Origin: Deltaproteobacteria bacterium
GTDB lineage: Bacteria > Desulfobacterota > GWC2-55-46
Reading direction: 5' to 3'
Assembly (NCBI GenBank): GCA_016212705.1
Contig: JACREU010000002.1
Location: 1,835-65,834, forward strand
Length of the DNA: 64,000 bases
Of this stretch, positions 18,500 through 27,081 are shown one piece after another. The notes under the pieces were generated by a model. It did not search any database, had not been told where the DNA came from, and saw nothing but the letters and a program-made list of their open reading frames with translations. Made by a program: the position numbers and the translations under genes. The number at the start of each line of letters is the position of its first letter. Position 1 is the first letter of the stretch.

Positions 18500-19824
18500 G
18501 GTTAAACAGGCCTTCACGACGCGCCTTCGCGTCCTTCCTCCTCGTCCTCTCCATCATTTTCATTATCCCGGCCCCCGCGTCTCCAGGCCAGGCCGAGGAC
18601 GCCTTACGGAATGAAAAGAGGCTCTTTTCCATCGAGGTGAGGGAGGCCGACATTACGGACGTTCTCCGCGCGCTCGCGCAACAGAGCGGGCTTAACATCA
18701 TACTCGGCGAGGGTGTCTCAGGAAAGGTCTCGGTTAGCTTCAAGGACATCCCGTTCAGGGACGCCCTTGAGATCATCATCAAGGCGAACGGGCTCACATA
18801 TACCATACAGAACAACGTCTTCTGGGTCGGGAAAAAGGTCGACTTCTCGGACGAGATGTCGATAGAGACGGTCAAACTCAACTACGCGGACCCGGCTGTC
18901 GCCGTGCCCCAGTTGAAAGGCATATTGAGCGCCGACGGTGTGGCGTATTCGGACGCGAGGACGAATTCCGTCATCTTAAGGGACCTCCCGAGGAACATCG
19001 CGAGGGCGCGCGCACTTTTAAAGAGCGTTGACTCCCCCTCGGCGCAGGTCTTGATAGAAGCGCGCATAGTCGAGGCGTCTTCTACCTTCTCCAAACAGCT
19101 CGGAATCCAGTGGGGAGGGGCGTACAACTCCGGGTCGGACTCCGTCACAGGCGGCCAGTCGCTCTCGACTTCGACCGGCGGCAGGAGCTTCGCCGTCAAC
19201 CTCCCCGTAGCGTCGCCGACATCAGGCGTCGGCATCATCATCGGGTCGCTTTCGAGCAAGCTGACGCTCGACCTCGAGCTTACCGCCGCGGAATCCAAGG
19301 GGGACTTGAAGATCGTCTCGAGGCCGAGGATAGCCACCATAAACAACAAGGCCGCCAAGATCCACAGCGGGACGACATACAGGGTGAAGTCCTCCGAGAC
19401 GACGTCCACGGATACCACGACTTCGTCTTCGTCCGGCCTTGAGGAGATATCCACGGGCATTGACCTTACCGTAACGCCCCAGATATCCGACGACGGCTTC
19501 GTCCTCCTGAACATATCGACTGAGAAGAGCGAGGCTGATTTTTCCAGGACCGTCGACGGGATACCCGGCGTGACGGAAAAGAGCGCGTCGACCTACGTGC
19601 TCGTCCGCGACGGCGACACAGTGGTCATAGGCGGGCTATACAGGTCCGTTGAGAGCGGCACCGACTCTTCGGTCCCGTATCTCTCCGAGATACCCGTCAT
19701 CGGCCCCATACTCTTCAAATCGAAGTCGAAGGAGCTCCAGAACGAGGAGCTCCTCGTATTCATAACGCCAAGCATCCTAAAGCATGAAAAAACGGAGGCC
19801 TCGATTGGGAACGCCGCAAGGTAA
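18496..19824 (+). CDS. Secretin (short PilQ/MshL type: STN, N3 and secretin domains; no AMIN)
   Basis: ADITDVLRALAQQSGLNI, QVLIEARIVE, LGIQW, GIDLTVTPQI, GDTVVIGGL, VPYLSEIPVIG and ELLVFITP. Confidence 0.93.
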   Translation: MRLNRPSRRAFASFLLVLSIIFIIPAPASPGQAEDALRNEKRLFSIEVREADITDVLRALAQQSGLNIILGEGVSGKVSVSFKDIPFRDALEIIIKANGLTYTIQNNVFWVGKKVDFSDEMSIETVKLNYADPAVAVPQLKGILSADGVAYSDARTNSVILRDLPRNIARARALLKSVDSPSAQVLIEARIVEASSTFSKQLGIQWGGAYNSGSDSVTGGQSLSTSTGGRSFAVNLPVASPTSGVGIIIGSLSSKLTLDLELTAAESKGDLKIVSRPRIATINNKAAKIHSGTTYRVKSSETTSTDTTTSSSSGLEEISTGIDLTVTPQISDDGFVLLNISTEKSEADFSRTVDGIPGVTEKSASTYVLVRDGDTVVIGGLYRSVESGTDSSVPYLSEIPVIGPILFKSKSKELQNEELLVFITPSILKHEKTEASIGNAAR

Positions 19825-20617
19825 GACTAAACTGAAAACCATCTCAGCCTTATCGATCGCCGCCTTTCTAATGGCCGTTATGCTCCTGCCGTCATGCAAG
19901 AAGGACGACGCGACGGAAGAGGTCATATCCAAAAGGGTGAGGATCGGGCTCCAGGAGGCGGGCTCAAAGGCCGCTCCGTCAGAGGGGGGGCAGGGCGCTG
20001 ACGTCCATACGACTGAGGCGCAGAAGGCGGAGACAAAGCCCGCTGAGCCTGTGATGGAGACCGCGCCCTTGGCAAAGCCGTCCGACGCTGTAAAGGCCCT
20101 TGAGGCGCCGCAGAAGCCGGAGGAAAAGGCCGCTTTGAAAAAGGCAGAGCCGGCCATCGAAAAAAAGGCGGCTGAACCCCCAAAGCCGGCCGTAAAAAAG
20201 ACTGAACCCGCGGCTCCTCAGAAGTCCGGCAGTAAGGCAGGGCCGGTCAAGGCGCAGAGGCCTGAAGTAAAGGTCTCCAAGGCGGAAAAGGCAAAAGACG
20301 CTCGACAGATGTGGCTTGACAAGGTAGCGAAGGCAGGCAAGGCCCTCGCCAAAAAGCCGTATGCGGTAAACGTCGCCTCTTTCCCGAGCTTGAAAGAGGC
20401 GCACTCGCTCCTTAAGTCCCTCAAGGCATCCGGCTACATTGCGTACACGACCGAATTCACCAAGGAGGGGGTCAAGTGGTACAGGGTGCGGGTCGGCTTT
20501 TATAAATCGAGGGAAGAGGCCTCAAAGGTCGGGGACAGGCTCGAGTCCAGATACAACGTACAATCCCCCTGGATAGTAAAACCGCCTAAGGAAGAGGCGG
20601 CCGGTCTGATACAATAG
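19784..20617 (+). CDS. SPOR-domain lipoprotein with a Pro/Ala/Lys/Glu-rich linker (true start may be slightly downstream)
   Basis: Lipobox-like LLPSC, low-complexity linker, and C-terminal YAVNVASF...WYRVRVGFYKSREEA. Confidence 0.85.
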   Translation: MKKRRPRLGTPQGKTKLKTISALSIAAFLMAVMLLPSCKKDDATEEVISKRVRIGLQEAGSKAAPSEGGQGADVHTTEAQKAETKPAEPVMETAPLAKPSDAVKALEAPQKPEEKAALKKAEPAIEKKAAEPPKPAVKKTEPAAPQKSGSKAGPVKAQRPEVKVSKAEKAKDARQMWLDKVAKAGKALAKKPYAVNVASFPSLKEAHSLLKSLKASGYIAYTTEFTKEGVKWYRVRVGFYKSREEASKVGDRLESRYNVQSPWIVKPPKEEAAGLIQ

Positions 20618-20654
20618 CGGTTTAAAGCCTTTGTAAAACAACAAGTTAATTAAA

Positions 20655-20691
20655 AAGGCCCTTGACTGCCGAGTTCCAGGGGCCTTAAAAT
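20655..20691 (+). promoter_or_regulatory. Probable miaB promoter overlapping an inverted repeat
   Basis: TTGACT (20662-20667), 18 bp, TAAAAT (20686-20691); AAGGCCCTTG...CAGGGGCCTT dyad at 20655-20686. Confidence 0.45.
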
Positions 20692-20733
20692 GAAATACCG
20701 GCGAATTATGCAAAAAATGGACCTTTTTGATAG

Positions 20734-22077
20734 ATGGAGCAGAGTGCAGAAGGCGTAAAAAGGGTTTTTCTTGAGACCTTCGGGTGTCAGATGAACGACA
20801 ACGACTCGGAGAGGATACTTGGGTTCCTTAAAAATATTAATTATACGCGCACCAGCAAGCCGACGGACGCCGACCTTATCATCCTGAACACCTGCTCTGT
20901 CCGGGACAAGGCGGAGCAGAAGGTCTACTCGGCGCTCGGCAGGTTCAAGGAGCTGAAAGAGGAGAGACCGGGGCTCATCCTGGGTGTGGCCGGCTGTGTC
21001 GCCCAGCAGGAGGGCAAAAAACTCCTGAAGAGGGCCCCGTACCTCGACCTCGTCTTCGGGCCCCAGAATATTCACAGGCTCCCCGACCTCATAGGAGAAA
21101 TAAGTAAAAAGAGGGGACGGCTCGTAGCCGTCGAGCAGTCCGAGTCAATCGATGAGAACGAGTACGGACTCTTATCCGCCGCGGACGGGAGGGCCTTCGT
21201 CTCCATCATGCGCGGGTGCGACAACTTCTGCGCCTATTGCATCGTCCCGTACACGAGGGGGAGAGAGGTAAGCAGGAGGAGCGCCGATATAATCGGCGAG
21301 GTATCGAGGCTCGCCGAAGGCGGCGTAAAGGAGGTAACGCTCCTCGGCCAGAACGTCAACTCCTACGGCGCGGGAGGCGCTGAAGTATCCTTCCCGGAGT
21401 TGCTCCGCCTTGTAGCCCGCATAGACGGCATAAGGAGGGTGCGTTTCATAACCTCGCACCCCAAGGACATCTCCGTTGGGCTCATACGCCTCTTCGGAGA
21501 GGAGCCAAAGCTCGCGAGGCACATACACCTGCCTGTCCAGTCCGGCTCGGACAGGGTACTTAAGGCAATGGGCAGGGGCTACACTGCCTCGCATTACTCT
21601 TCGAAGGTAAGGCTCATCAAAAATCTCCACCCGGATATCTCCGTCACGACCGACATAATCGTCGGCTTTCCAGGGGAGACTGAGGACGAATTCGAGGAGA
21701 CGATCGCGCTTCTTCGCGACTTGCGCTTCGACAACATCTTTTCGTTCATGTACTCGCCGAGGCCGCTCACGAAGGCCGCGGCGTTCACTGGCCATGTCCC
21801 GGCGGACGTAAGGTCAAAGAGGCTTCAGAGGCTCCAGGACGCCCAGCGGTGCATAACCCTTGAGAGGAGCAGAGAGCTCGTAGGCAGGAGGGTCGAGGTC
21901 CTTTTGGAAGGAGCCTCCACCGCGCCCGGCGAGCGCGAGTTTTCAGGCAGGACCTCCTGCAACAGGATAGTGCGTTTCCCGTATGAAGGCGTTTTACCCG
22001 ATTCCATCGTCGAAGTAGTCGTAACGGAGGCATATCCGAACTCGCTCCGCGCGGAATTCCCCCCGCAGGGAAAATGA
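20734..22077 (+). CDS. miaB: tRNA-i6A37 methylthiotransferase MiaB
   Basis: TFGCQMN, NTCSVRDKAEQK, GCVAQ, CDNFCAYCIVPYTRGRE, HLPVQSGS and a TRAM domain. Confidence 0.97.
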   Translation: MEQSAEGVKRVFLETFGCQMNDNDSERILGFLKNINYTRTSKPTDADLIILNTCSVRDKAEQKVYSALGRFKELKEERPGLILGVAGCVAQQEGKKLLKRAPYLDLVFGPQNIHRLPDLIGEISKKRGRLVAVEQSESIDENEYGLLSAADGRAFVSIMRGCDNFCAYCIVPYTRGREVSRRSADIIGEVSRLAEGGVKEVTLLGQNVNSYGAGGAEVSFPELLRLVARIDGIRRVRFITSHPKDISVGLIRLFGEEPKLARHIHLPVQSGSDRVLKAMGRGYTASHYSSKVRLIKNLHPDISVTTDIIVGFPGETEDEFEETIALLRDLRFDNIFSFMYSPRPLTKAAAFTGHVPADVRSKRLQRLQDAQRCITLERSRELVGRRVEVLLEGASTAPGEREFSGRTSCNRIVRFPYEGVLPDSIVEVVVTEAYPNSLRAEFPPQGK

Positions 22078-22090
22078 AAAGGAGCAACAG

Positions 22091-22591
22091 ATGCTGTTAA
22101 AAATGAAGGTCTCCGGGCTTGCCATCGACCCGTTTACCAACGTCCCGATAGTCATATTGAAGGACATGGAAGAGAAGAACACGCTCCCGGTCTGGATAGG
22201 CGTGCTTGAGGCGAGCGCCATAGCCTCTGAGCTCGAAAAGATCCAGTTCTCGAGGCCGATGACGCACGACCTCCTGCGGGAGATACTCAAGTCCCTCGGC
22301 GCGGCCATAGAAAAGGTCGAGATAGTGGACCTCAGGGACAACGTCTACTACGCCCTCATACAGATGACTACCAAGGACGGCGGCTTTACAATCGACGCGA
22401 GGCCGAGCGACGCCATAGCCATCGCCTTAAGGGCCGGCGCGCCGATATTCGTCGAGGCGAAGGTCGTCGAAAAATCGAAGTCCATTGATCTGCGTGATGC
22501 CGGGAAGGACGGCCTGAAGGAAGGGGCCAAGAACTTTCTGGATTCCCTCGAGGACATGAGCCCGGGGGACTTCGGCAAATACAAGATGTAG
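22091..22591 (+). CDS. Bifunctional nuclease family protein (DUF151)
   Basis: LPVWIGVLEA, RPMTHDL and IDARPSDAIAIALR. Confidence 0.93.
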   Translation: MLLKMKVSGLAIDPFTNVPIVILKDMEEKNTLPVWIGVLEASAIASELEKIQFSRPMTHDLLREILKSLGAAIEKVEIVDLRDNVYYALIQMTTKDGGFTIDARPSDAIAIALRAGAPIFVEAKVVEKSKSIDLRDAGKDGLKEGAKNFLDSLEDMSPGDFGKYKM

Positions 22592-22641
22592 GGTCTCCAT
22601 CGCCTCCGGCAGAAGGGGCTATTAAGAAGCCCCGCATACGG

Positions 22642-23676
22642 TTGCGGGGACCTGATGAGAAGACTACGGAGTTTTTATTTTTGGAAAGCGAAGCGTTATC
22701 AGCTCTTGCGGGAAAGCTCGTGCCGGGGAGGTTCTACGACGGCTTTTTCGTAAGCGAATACGGGCGGCTTGAGGCCCTCCGCGCGGCGCGTTACAACAGC
22801 GCCTTCTCGGTAATCATCCTGACGATCGACCACGGCCCCGCAATTGACGAGGGCGCGGGCCTTGAGGCCCTTAGGGCTACCGCCAGGGCCTGCGTGGACT
22901 CCATCAGGAACTGCGACGTAGCCGGGCTTACCGGCGACGGGCAGATAACCGTCATACTCCCGGAGACCGACTGGTTCGGGTCCCTCGCCGCGACGAGGAA
23001 GATCTCGAAGGCCGTTTCCGCTAACCTTCCGAGGGAGCGGGGACAGCCCTCGGCCATACTCTCCAACGCGACTTTCCCAAAGGACGGCAGGGGCTACGGA
23101 GAGGTCGTAAGCGCGGCCCTCAAAAGGGCCTCTGACCGCAGGGGGTCCGTCTGGGAGAAGGCGGGCTTCAGAAACAGGCTCTTCTGGGAGATACTCGGAG
23201 ACCTTACGGGCGCGGGGCAAAAAGGCGCCGGGTGCGCCACGTTCGACGCGGGCGCGAATCAGGAGCTCAATGAATTCTTTCTCGACCAGATCAACGACTT
23301 CGTCGCCAAGGAGGTCTTGCGGTCGCCGCAAAGACGCGGCATAGCGTACTTCGCGTTCAGGGACATCGACCCGGGGCTCCCGCTCCTTAAGTCCCTCAAT
23401 TCCTCTGGGGCGCTCTCGGCAAAGGTCTTCCTCGTAGGCGAAGGCGGCTCCCGCTCGATCGAGGTCAAGAACGCGACCCCCATACTGCTTGACGACCCGA
23501 GGCTCCGTGAGACGTCCTTCACTTTTTATTTGAGCGAGGAGTCGGGCTACGCCCTCGTCTGCAAGGAGAACTGGGGCGAGACATTCTCGTGCTTTCATAC
23601 GTCGGACGAGTTCCTCGTCGAGGGGCTCATAACGAAGTTCCAGAACGAATACTCCTTGCAGGAACAACTCGGCTGA
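22642..23676 (+). CDS. Degenerate GGDEF-like domain fused to a DICT-like domain
   Basis: RAARYNSAFSVIILTID...IRNCDVAG...ILPETD...ATFPKDG traces a GGDEF fold, with GDGQI replacing GGDEF; the C-terminus (KVFLVG, DDPRL, YALVCKE, FHTSDEFLV) resembles DICT. Confidence 0.65.
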   Translation: MRGPDEKTTEFLFLESEALSALAGKLVPGRFYDGFFVSEYGRLEALRAARYNSAFSVIILTIDHGPAIDEGAGLEALRATARACVDSIRNCDVAGLTGDGQITVILPETDWFGSLAATRKISKAVSANLPRERGQPSAILSNATFPKDGRGYGEVVSAALKRASDRRGSVWEKAGFRNRLFWEILGDLTGAGQKGAGCATFDAGANQELNEFFLDQINDFVAKEVLRSPQRRGIAYFAFRDIDPGLPLLKSLNSSGALSAKVFLVGEGGSRSIEVKNATPILLDDPRLRETSFTFYLSEESGYALVCKENWGETFSCFHTSDEFLVEGLITKFQNEYSLQEQLG

Positions 23677-25196
23677 TGGATAGAAAGCACATCCTCCTCG
23701 CATTCAGGGACGAAGGCGAGATGAAAGAATTTTCAGACCATATCTCCGGGCTCGGCTTAGAGGTAGAGTCCGCCGGCGACGGCGCGCGCGCCCTGGAGCT
23801 CTCCATTCAGGACCCGCCCGCGATGATAGTGGCGGACTTCGATCTCCCGGTCATAAGCGGCGAGCGGCTCTTCCAGATACTCAGGAATAACCCGCACACG
23901 GCGAAGGTCCCGTTCCTCTTTATATCCGACGGCGTAGCCGACATAAAGGGGTTCAGGACCGGCGTCGACATATTCCTCTTGAAACCCGTCAACCTCGAAG
24001 AGGTCTCCGTCAGGGTCAGGAAGTCGCTTTCATCCGCGCCCTCAGGCATGGGCTCCAAGGAACTCGAGGGCAGGCTCAATCACATGCCGCTCGCCGACAT
24101 CCTCCAGTTCCTGCACCTGAACAGGAAGGAAGGGGAATTAAGGCTTAAATCCGGGGAGAGCTCAGGCGCCGTATTCGTAAAAGACGGCCACATACTGAAC
24201 GCCGTCCTGGACGGTATAGAGAAGGAGAAGGCGCTCTTCAGGCTCCTCGCCTGGACGGACGGCAAGTTCGAGTTCATCCCGAAGGCCATAACCGCGCCGA
24301 GGAAGATACGCGGGAGCGCCGGGGGCGTCCTCATGGAGGGGATGAGACAGCTCGACGAGTTCAGGAAGCGCGAGTCTGAGTTCCCCTCGAGGGACGCGGT
24401 GCTCCGGCCCCGCGCCGGGGCCGAGACGCTCCCCAAGGGGCTTCAGCCGATAGTCTACGAGGTCGTACAGATATCAAAGGCGCTCGGCAGGGTAGGGGAG
24501 ATCGTCGAGAGGTCTTCGCACCCGGACTACGACGTCTATGTGACTATACAGGGGCTCCTTGCCCGGGGGGTCCTCGCTGAGGAGCCGGCCGGGACTTTTG
24601 CCCGCGACGAGGTCTTTCTCACGAACGACCAGATGATAAGCATAAGGGAGAAGATAATAAGCAGGTTCTCCGGGATTGGGAGCTTGAATTACGGGAGGGT
24701 CCTCATCCTTGCCACCTCCGGCAAGCTCGTTCAGGCGTTCCTTGCCCAGTGCAGGAGGATACCCGGACTGCATGTGGACGCGAGGTCGGCCTTCTCCCAG
24801 ATGGATAACCCGCTCGGGCCCGTTGCAACGCTTAAGCTCTACGGCGGGCTCGACCTTACCATCTTTTCCATACCTGCGGTCAGGAACATGGGGCCGCTCT
24901 GGAGGGCGTTCTCATCGAACCTCGTCTCCATCGTCCTCCTATGGGACAGGGAAGGGGCGGAGTCTTCGTTAAAAGACCTCGCCTCGGCAAAGAGGGAGAT
25001 ACTCCTTGGGAGACGGGTCCCGGCGGCGCATGTCTTCGTGGGGGCAGAGGGCGAAGAGGCCCGGTATAAGAAAGAGATGGGCCTTAAGTCGGACGAGCCG
25101 CTCTTCAGGATCGAGGAGAACGGAAAGGCCGTCGCGCAGGACGTCTTCTACAGCCTTTTCAGCAACCTTTTAAAGGAAGATTATGCCGCAATTTAA
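23676..25196 (+). CDS. Receiver-DUF4388 protein with a C-terminal degenerate small-GTPase-like domain
   Basis: ATG overlaps the upstream TGA. REC (IVADFDLP, PFLFIS, LKP), DUF4388 (GRLNHMPLADILQFL...WTDGKFEF...LMEGMRQLDE), and a C-terminus resembling MglA-type strands. Confidence 0.8.
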   Translation: MDRKHILLAFRDEGEMKEFSDHISGLGLEVESAGDGARALELSIQDPPAMIVADFDLPVISGERLFQILRNNPHTAKVPFLFISDGVADIKGFRTGVDIFLLKPVNLEEVSVRVRKSLSSAPSGMGSKELEGRLNHMPLADILQFLHLNRKEGELRLKSGESSGAVFVKDGHILNAVLDGIEKEKALFRLLAWTDGKFEFIPKAITAPRKIRGSAGGVLMEGMRQLDEFRKRESEFPSRDAVLRPRAGAETLPKGLQPIVYEVVQISKALGRVGEIVERSSHPDYDVYVTIQGLLARGVLAEEPAGTFARDEVFLTNDQMISIREKIISRFSGIGSLNYGRVLILATSGKLVQAFLAQCRRIPGLHVDARSAFSQMDNPLGPVATLKLYGGLDLTIFSIPAVRNMGPLWRAFSSNLVSIVLLWDREGAESSLKDLASAKREILLGRRVPAAHVFVGAEGEEARYKKEMGLKSDEPLFRIEENGKAVAQDVFYSLFSNLLKEDYAAI

Positions 25197-25214
25197 ACAC
25201 AGAGGGGGACCCCG

Positions 25215-25865
25215 ATGATAGACCTCCACACGCACAGCCTTTTGAGCGACGGCGCGCTCATACCCACCGAGCTCGTAAGGAGGGCGCGCGTCGCCGGATA
25301 CGCGGCGATGGCCATAACCGACCACGCGGACGCCTCCAACATCGAAGACGTCCTGAAAAAGCTAATCAAGGTCGCGAGGCAGTTGAATACGGACAGGACC
25401 TTCAAGGTCATACCCGGAGTGGAGCTTACCCACATACCGCCGAGGCTCATACCGGTGATGGTCAAGAAGGCGCGCTTACTCGGCGCGCGCGTCGTTGTGG
25501 GCCACGGAGAAACGCTCTCGGAGCCCGTGGAAGCAGGGACTAACAGGGCGTATATAGAGGCGAAAACCGACATACTCGCGCACCCGGGGCTCATAACCGA
25601 GGCAGACGCGGGGCTCGCCGCGAAAAACGGCGTGCACCTTGAGATAACGACGCGCGCCGGGCATTCGATCTCGAACGGCCACGTCGCCGCGCTCGGAAAA
25701 AGATGCGGCGCGGGCTTGCTTCTGAATACCGACTCGCACGCCCCGGGGGACCTCGCAGGCGACGAGCGCGCGCTGAAGGTCGCGTTAGGCGCGGGTCTAA
25801 CCGAAGACGACTTTAAAAAAATGCAGGATAATGCCGATGCCATCGTTAAGAAAATTCGCGTTTAG
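25215..25865 (+). CDS. PHP-domain (histidinol-phosphate-phosphatase-like) protein
   Basis: DLHTHS, ITDH, GVELTH, VVGHGET, LAHPG and NTDSH. Confidence 0.93.
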   Translation: MIDLHTHSLLSDGALIPTELVRRARVAGYAAMAITDHADASNIEDVLKKLIKVARQLNTDRTFKVIPGVELTHIPPRLIPVMVKKARLLGARVVVGHGETLSEPVEAGTNRAYIEAKTDILAHPGLITEADAGLAAKNGVHLEITTRAGHSISNGHVAALGKRCGAGLLLNTDSHAPGDLAGDERALKVALGAGLTEDDFKKMQDNADAIVKKIRV

Positions 25866-27057
25866 CGCCGTCCTCGGCGCGTTGCTCTTCCAGGGTTGCG
25901 CGTCAGCCCCTCCGATAGGGGAAAAGACCGCGTGGCAGACCTTCATGAGGTCGTATTCGAGGACTAACGTATCGGAAGATTCTATCATTCTTCCGCTCGT
26001 CGTAGCGTGGGAGGACGACGTATCCGCCTCCACGGCCTTCAAGGGATATACGAAGGAACAGCCCTCGTCCCCGGTCTTCTACGACGGGGCGCTCTTCGTC
26101 TCGTCGACGGATGAACGGCTCTATTCATACGACGCGGCCTCCGGGAAAATAATATGGACGTTCAACGCCTCCTTTCCGATAGAGGCGACGCCGACGGTAG
26201 CCGGAGACCGCGTCTTCTTCGGCTCCGGAGACGGCGCAATGAGGTGCCTGGACAAGGCGACAGGCAACTCGATATGGAGCTACCAGACACGCTCGGAGAT
26301 ACTCTCCTCCCCCATAGTAGTGGACGGGCGCGTAATATTCACGTCATCCGACGACAGGGTCCACGCGGTGGATGAGAAGACCGGGGAGAGGCTCTGGACC
26401 TTCGCCCGCGCGACGTTCAGGGCCGTCCAGCCGAGGGTCAACGGCTCCCCGGCATACTCCGACGGCCGCGTCTTCGTATTCTTTTCCGACGGCTCGCTCG
26501 CCGCGATTTCCGTTGACAGGGGCGCGGAGCTCTGGTCAAAGGCCGGAGTGGTCAGGGACTTCGATTCGCCGATAAAGACGAGAAGGACCCCGCTCGTCGA
26601 CAACGGACTCGTTTATGTGATAGACGACAAGAACTCCGTCCAGGCGTTTTCCGCCGTGACAGGCGAGGCGAAGGGGTCTTTCGACCTCCTCAAGGCCTAT
26701 GACTTTGTCCTGCCGGACGCGCGGACGATAACGATACTCGGCGTTGACCAGATAATCTCGCTCGACAGGATAACAGGCTCGATACTATGGAAAAAGGACC
26801 TCCGGAACAGGCCGTCTTCGTCGATATTCGCCGTCAAGGGGATGGTCTTCGTCCTCTCCAATCACAGGACGAGCTTCCTTAATACCGGCTACTTTGAGAA
26901 GGACAACGGCTATATCGAGGCGCTGGACATGAAGAACGGCGATACGCTATGGGGCGAAGGGTTGAAGTCCGGCATATCGTCGAACGGCTCCTCTGGACAT
27001 TCGAGGATAGCCTTACTCACCGACAGCGGCATCATAGAGGTATTCAGGGGCAGGTAA
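25837..27057 (+). CDS. PQQ-like beta-propeller lipoprotein (BamB-like)
   Basis: Lipobox FQGC and repeated D/xxTGxxxW propeller blades. Confidence 0.85.
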   Translation: MPSLRKFAFSAVLGALLFQGCASAPPIGEKTAWQTFMRSYSRTNVSEDSIILPLVVAWEDDVSASTAFKGYTKEQPSSPVFYDGALFVSSTDERLYSYDAASGKIIWTFNASFPIEATPTVAGDRVFFGSGDGAMRCLDKATGNSIWSYQTRSEILSSPIVVDGRVIFTSSDDRVHAVDEKTGERLWTFARATFRAVQPRVNGSPAYSDGRVFVFFSDGSLAAISVDRGAELWSKAGVVRDFDSPIKTRRTPLVDNGLVYVIDDKNSVQAFSAVTGEAKGSFDLLKAYDFVLPDARTITILGVDQIISLDRITGSILWKKDLRNRPSSSIFAVKGMVFVLSNHRTSFLNTGYFEKDNGYIEALDMKNGDTLWGEGLKSGISSNGSSGHSRIALLTDSGIIEVFRGR

Positions 27058-27081
27058 CCAGCAAGCAAGGAAAGAGACGCC

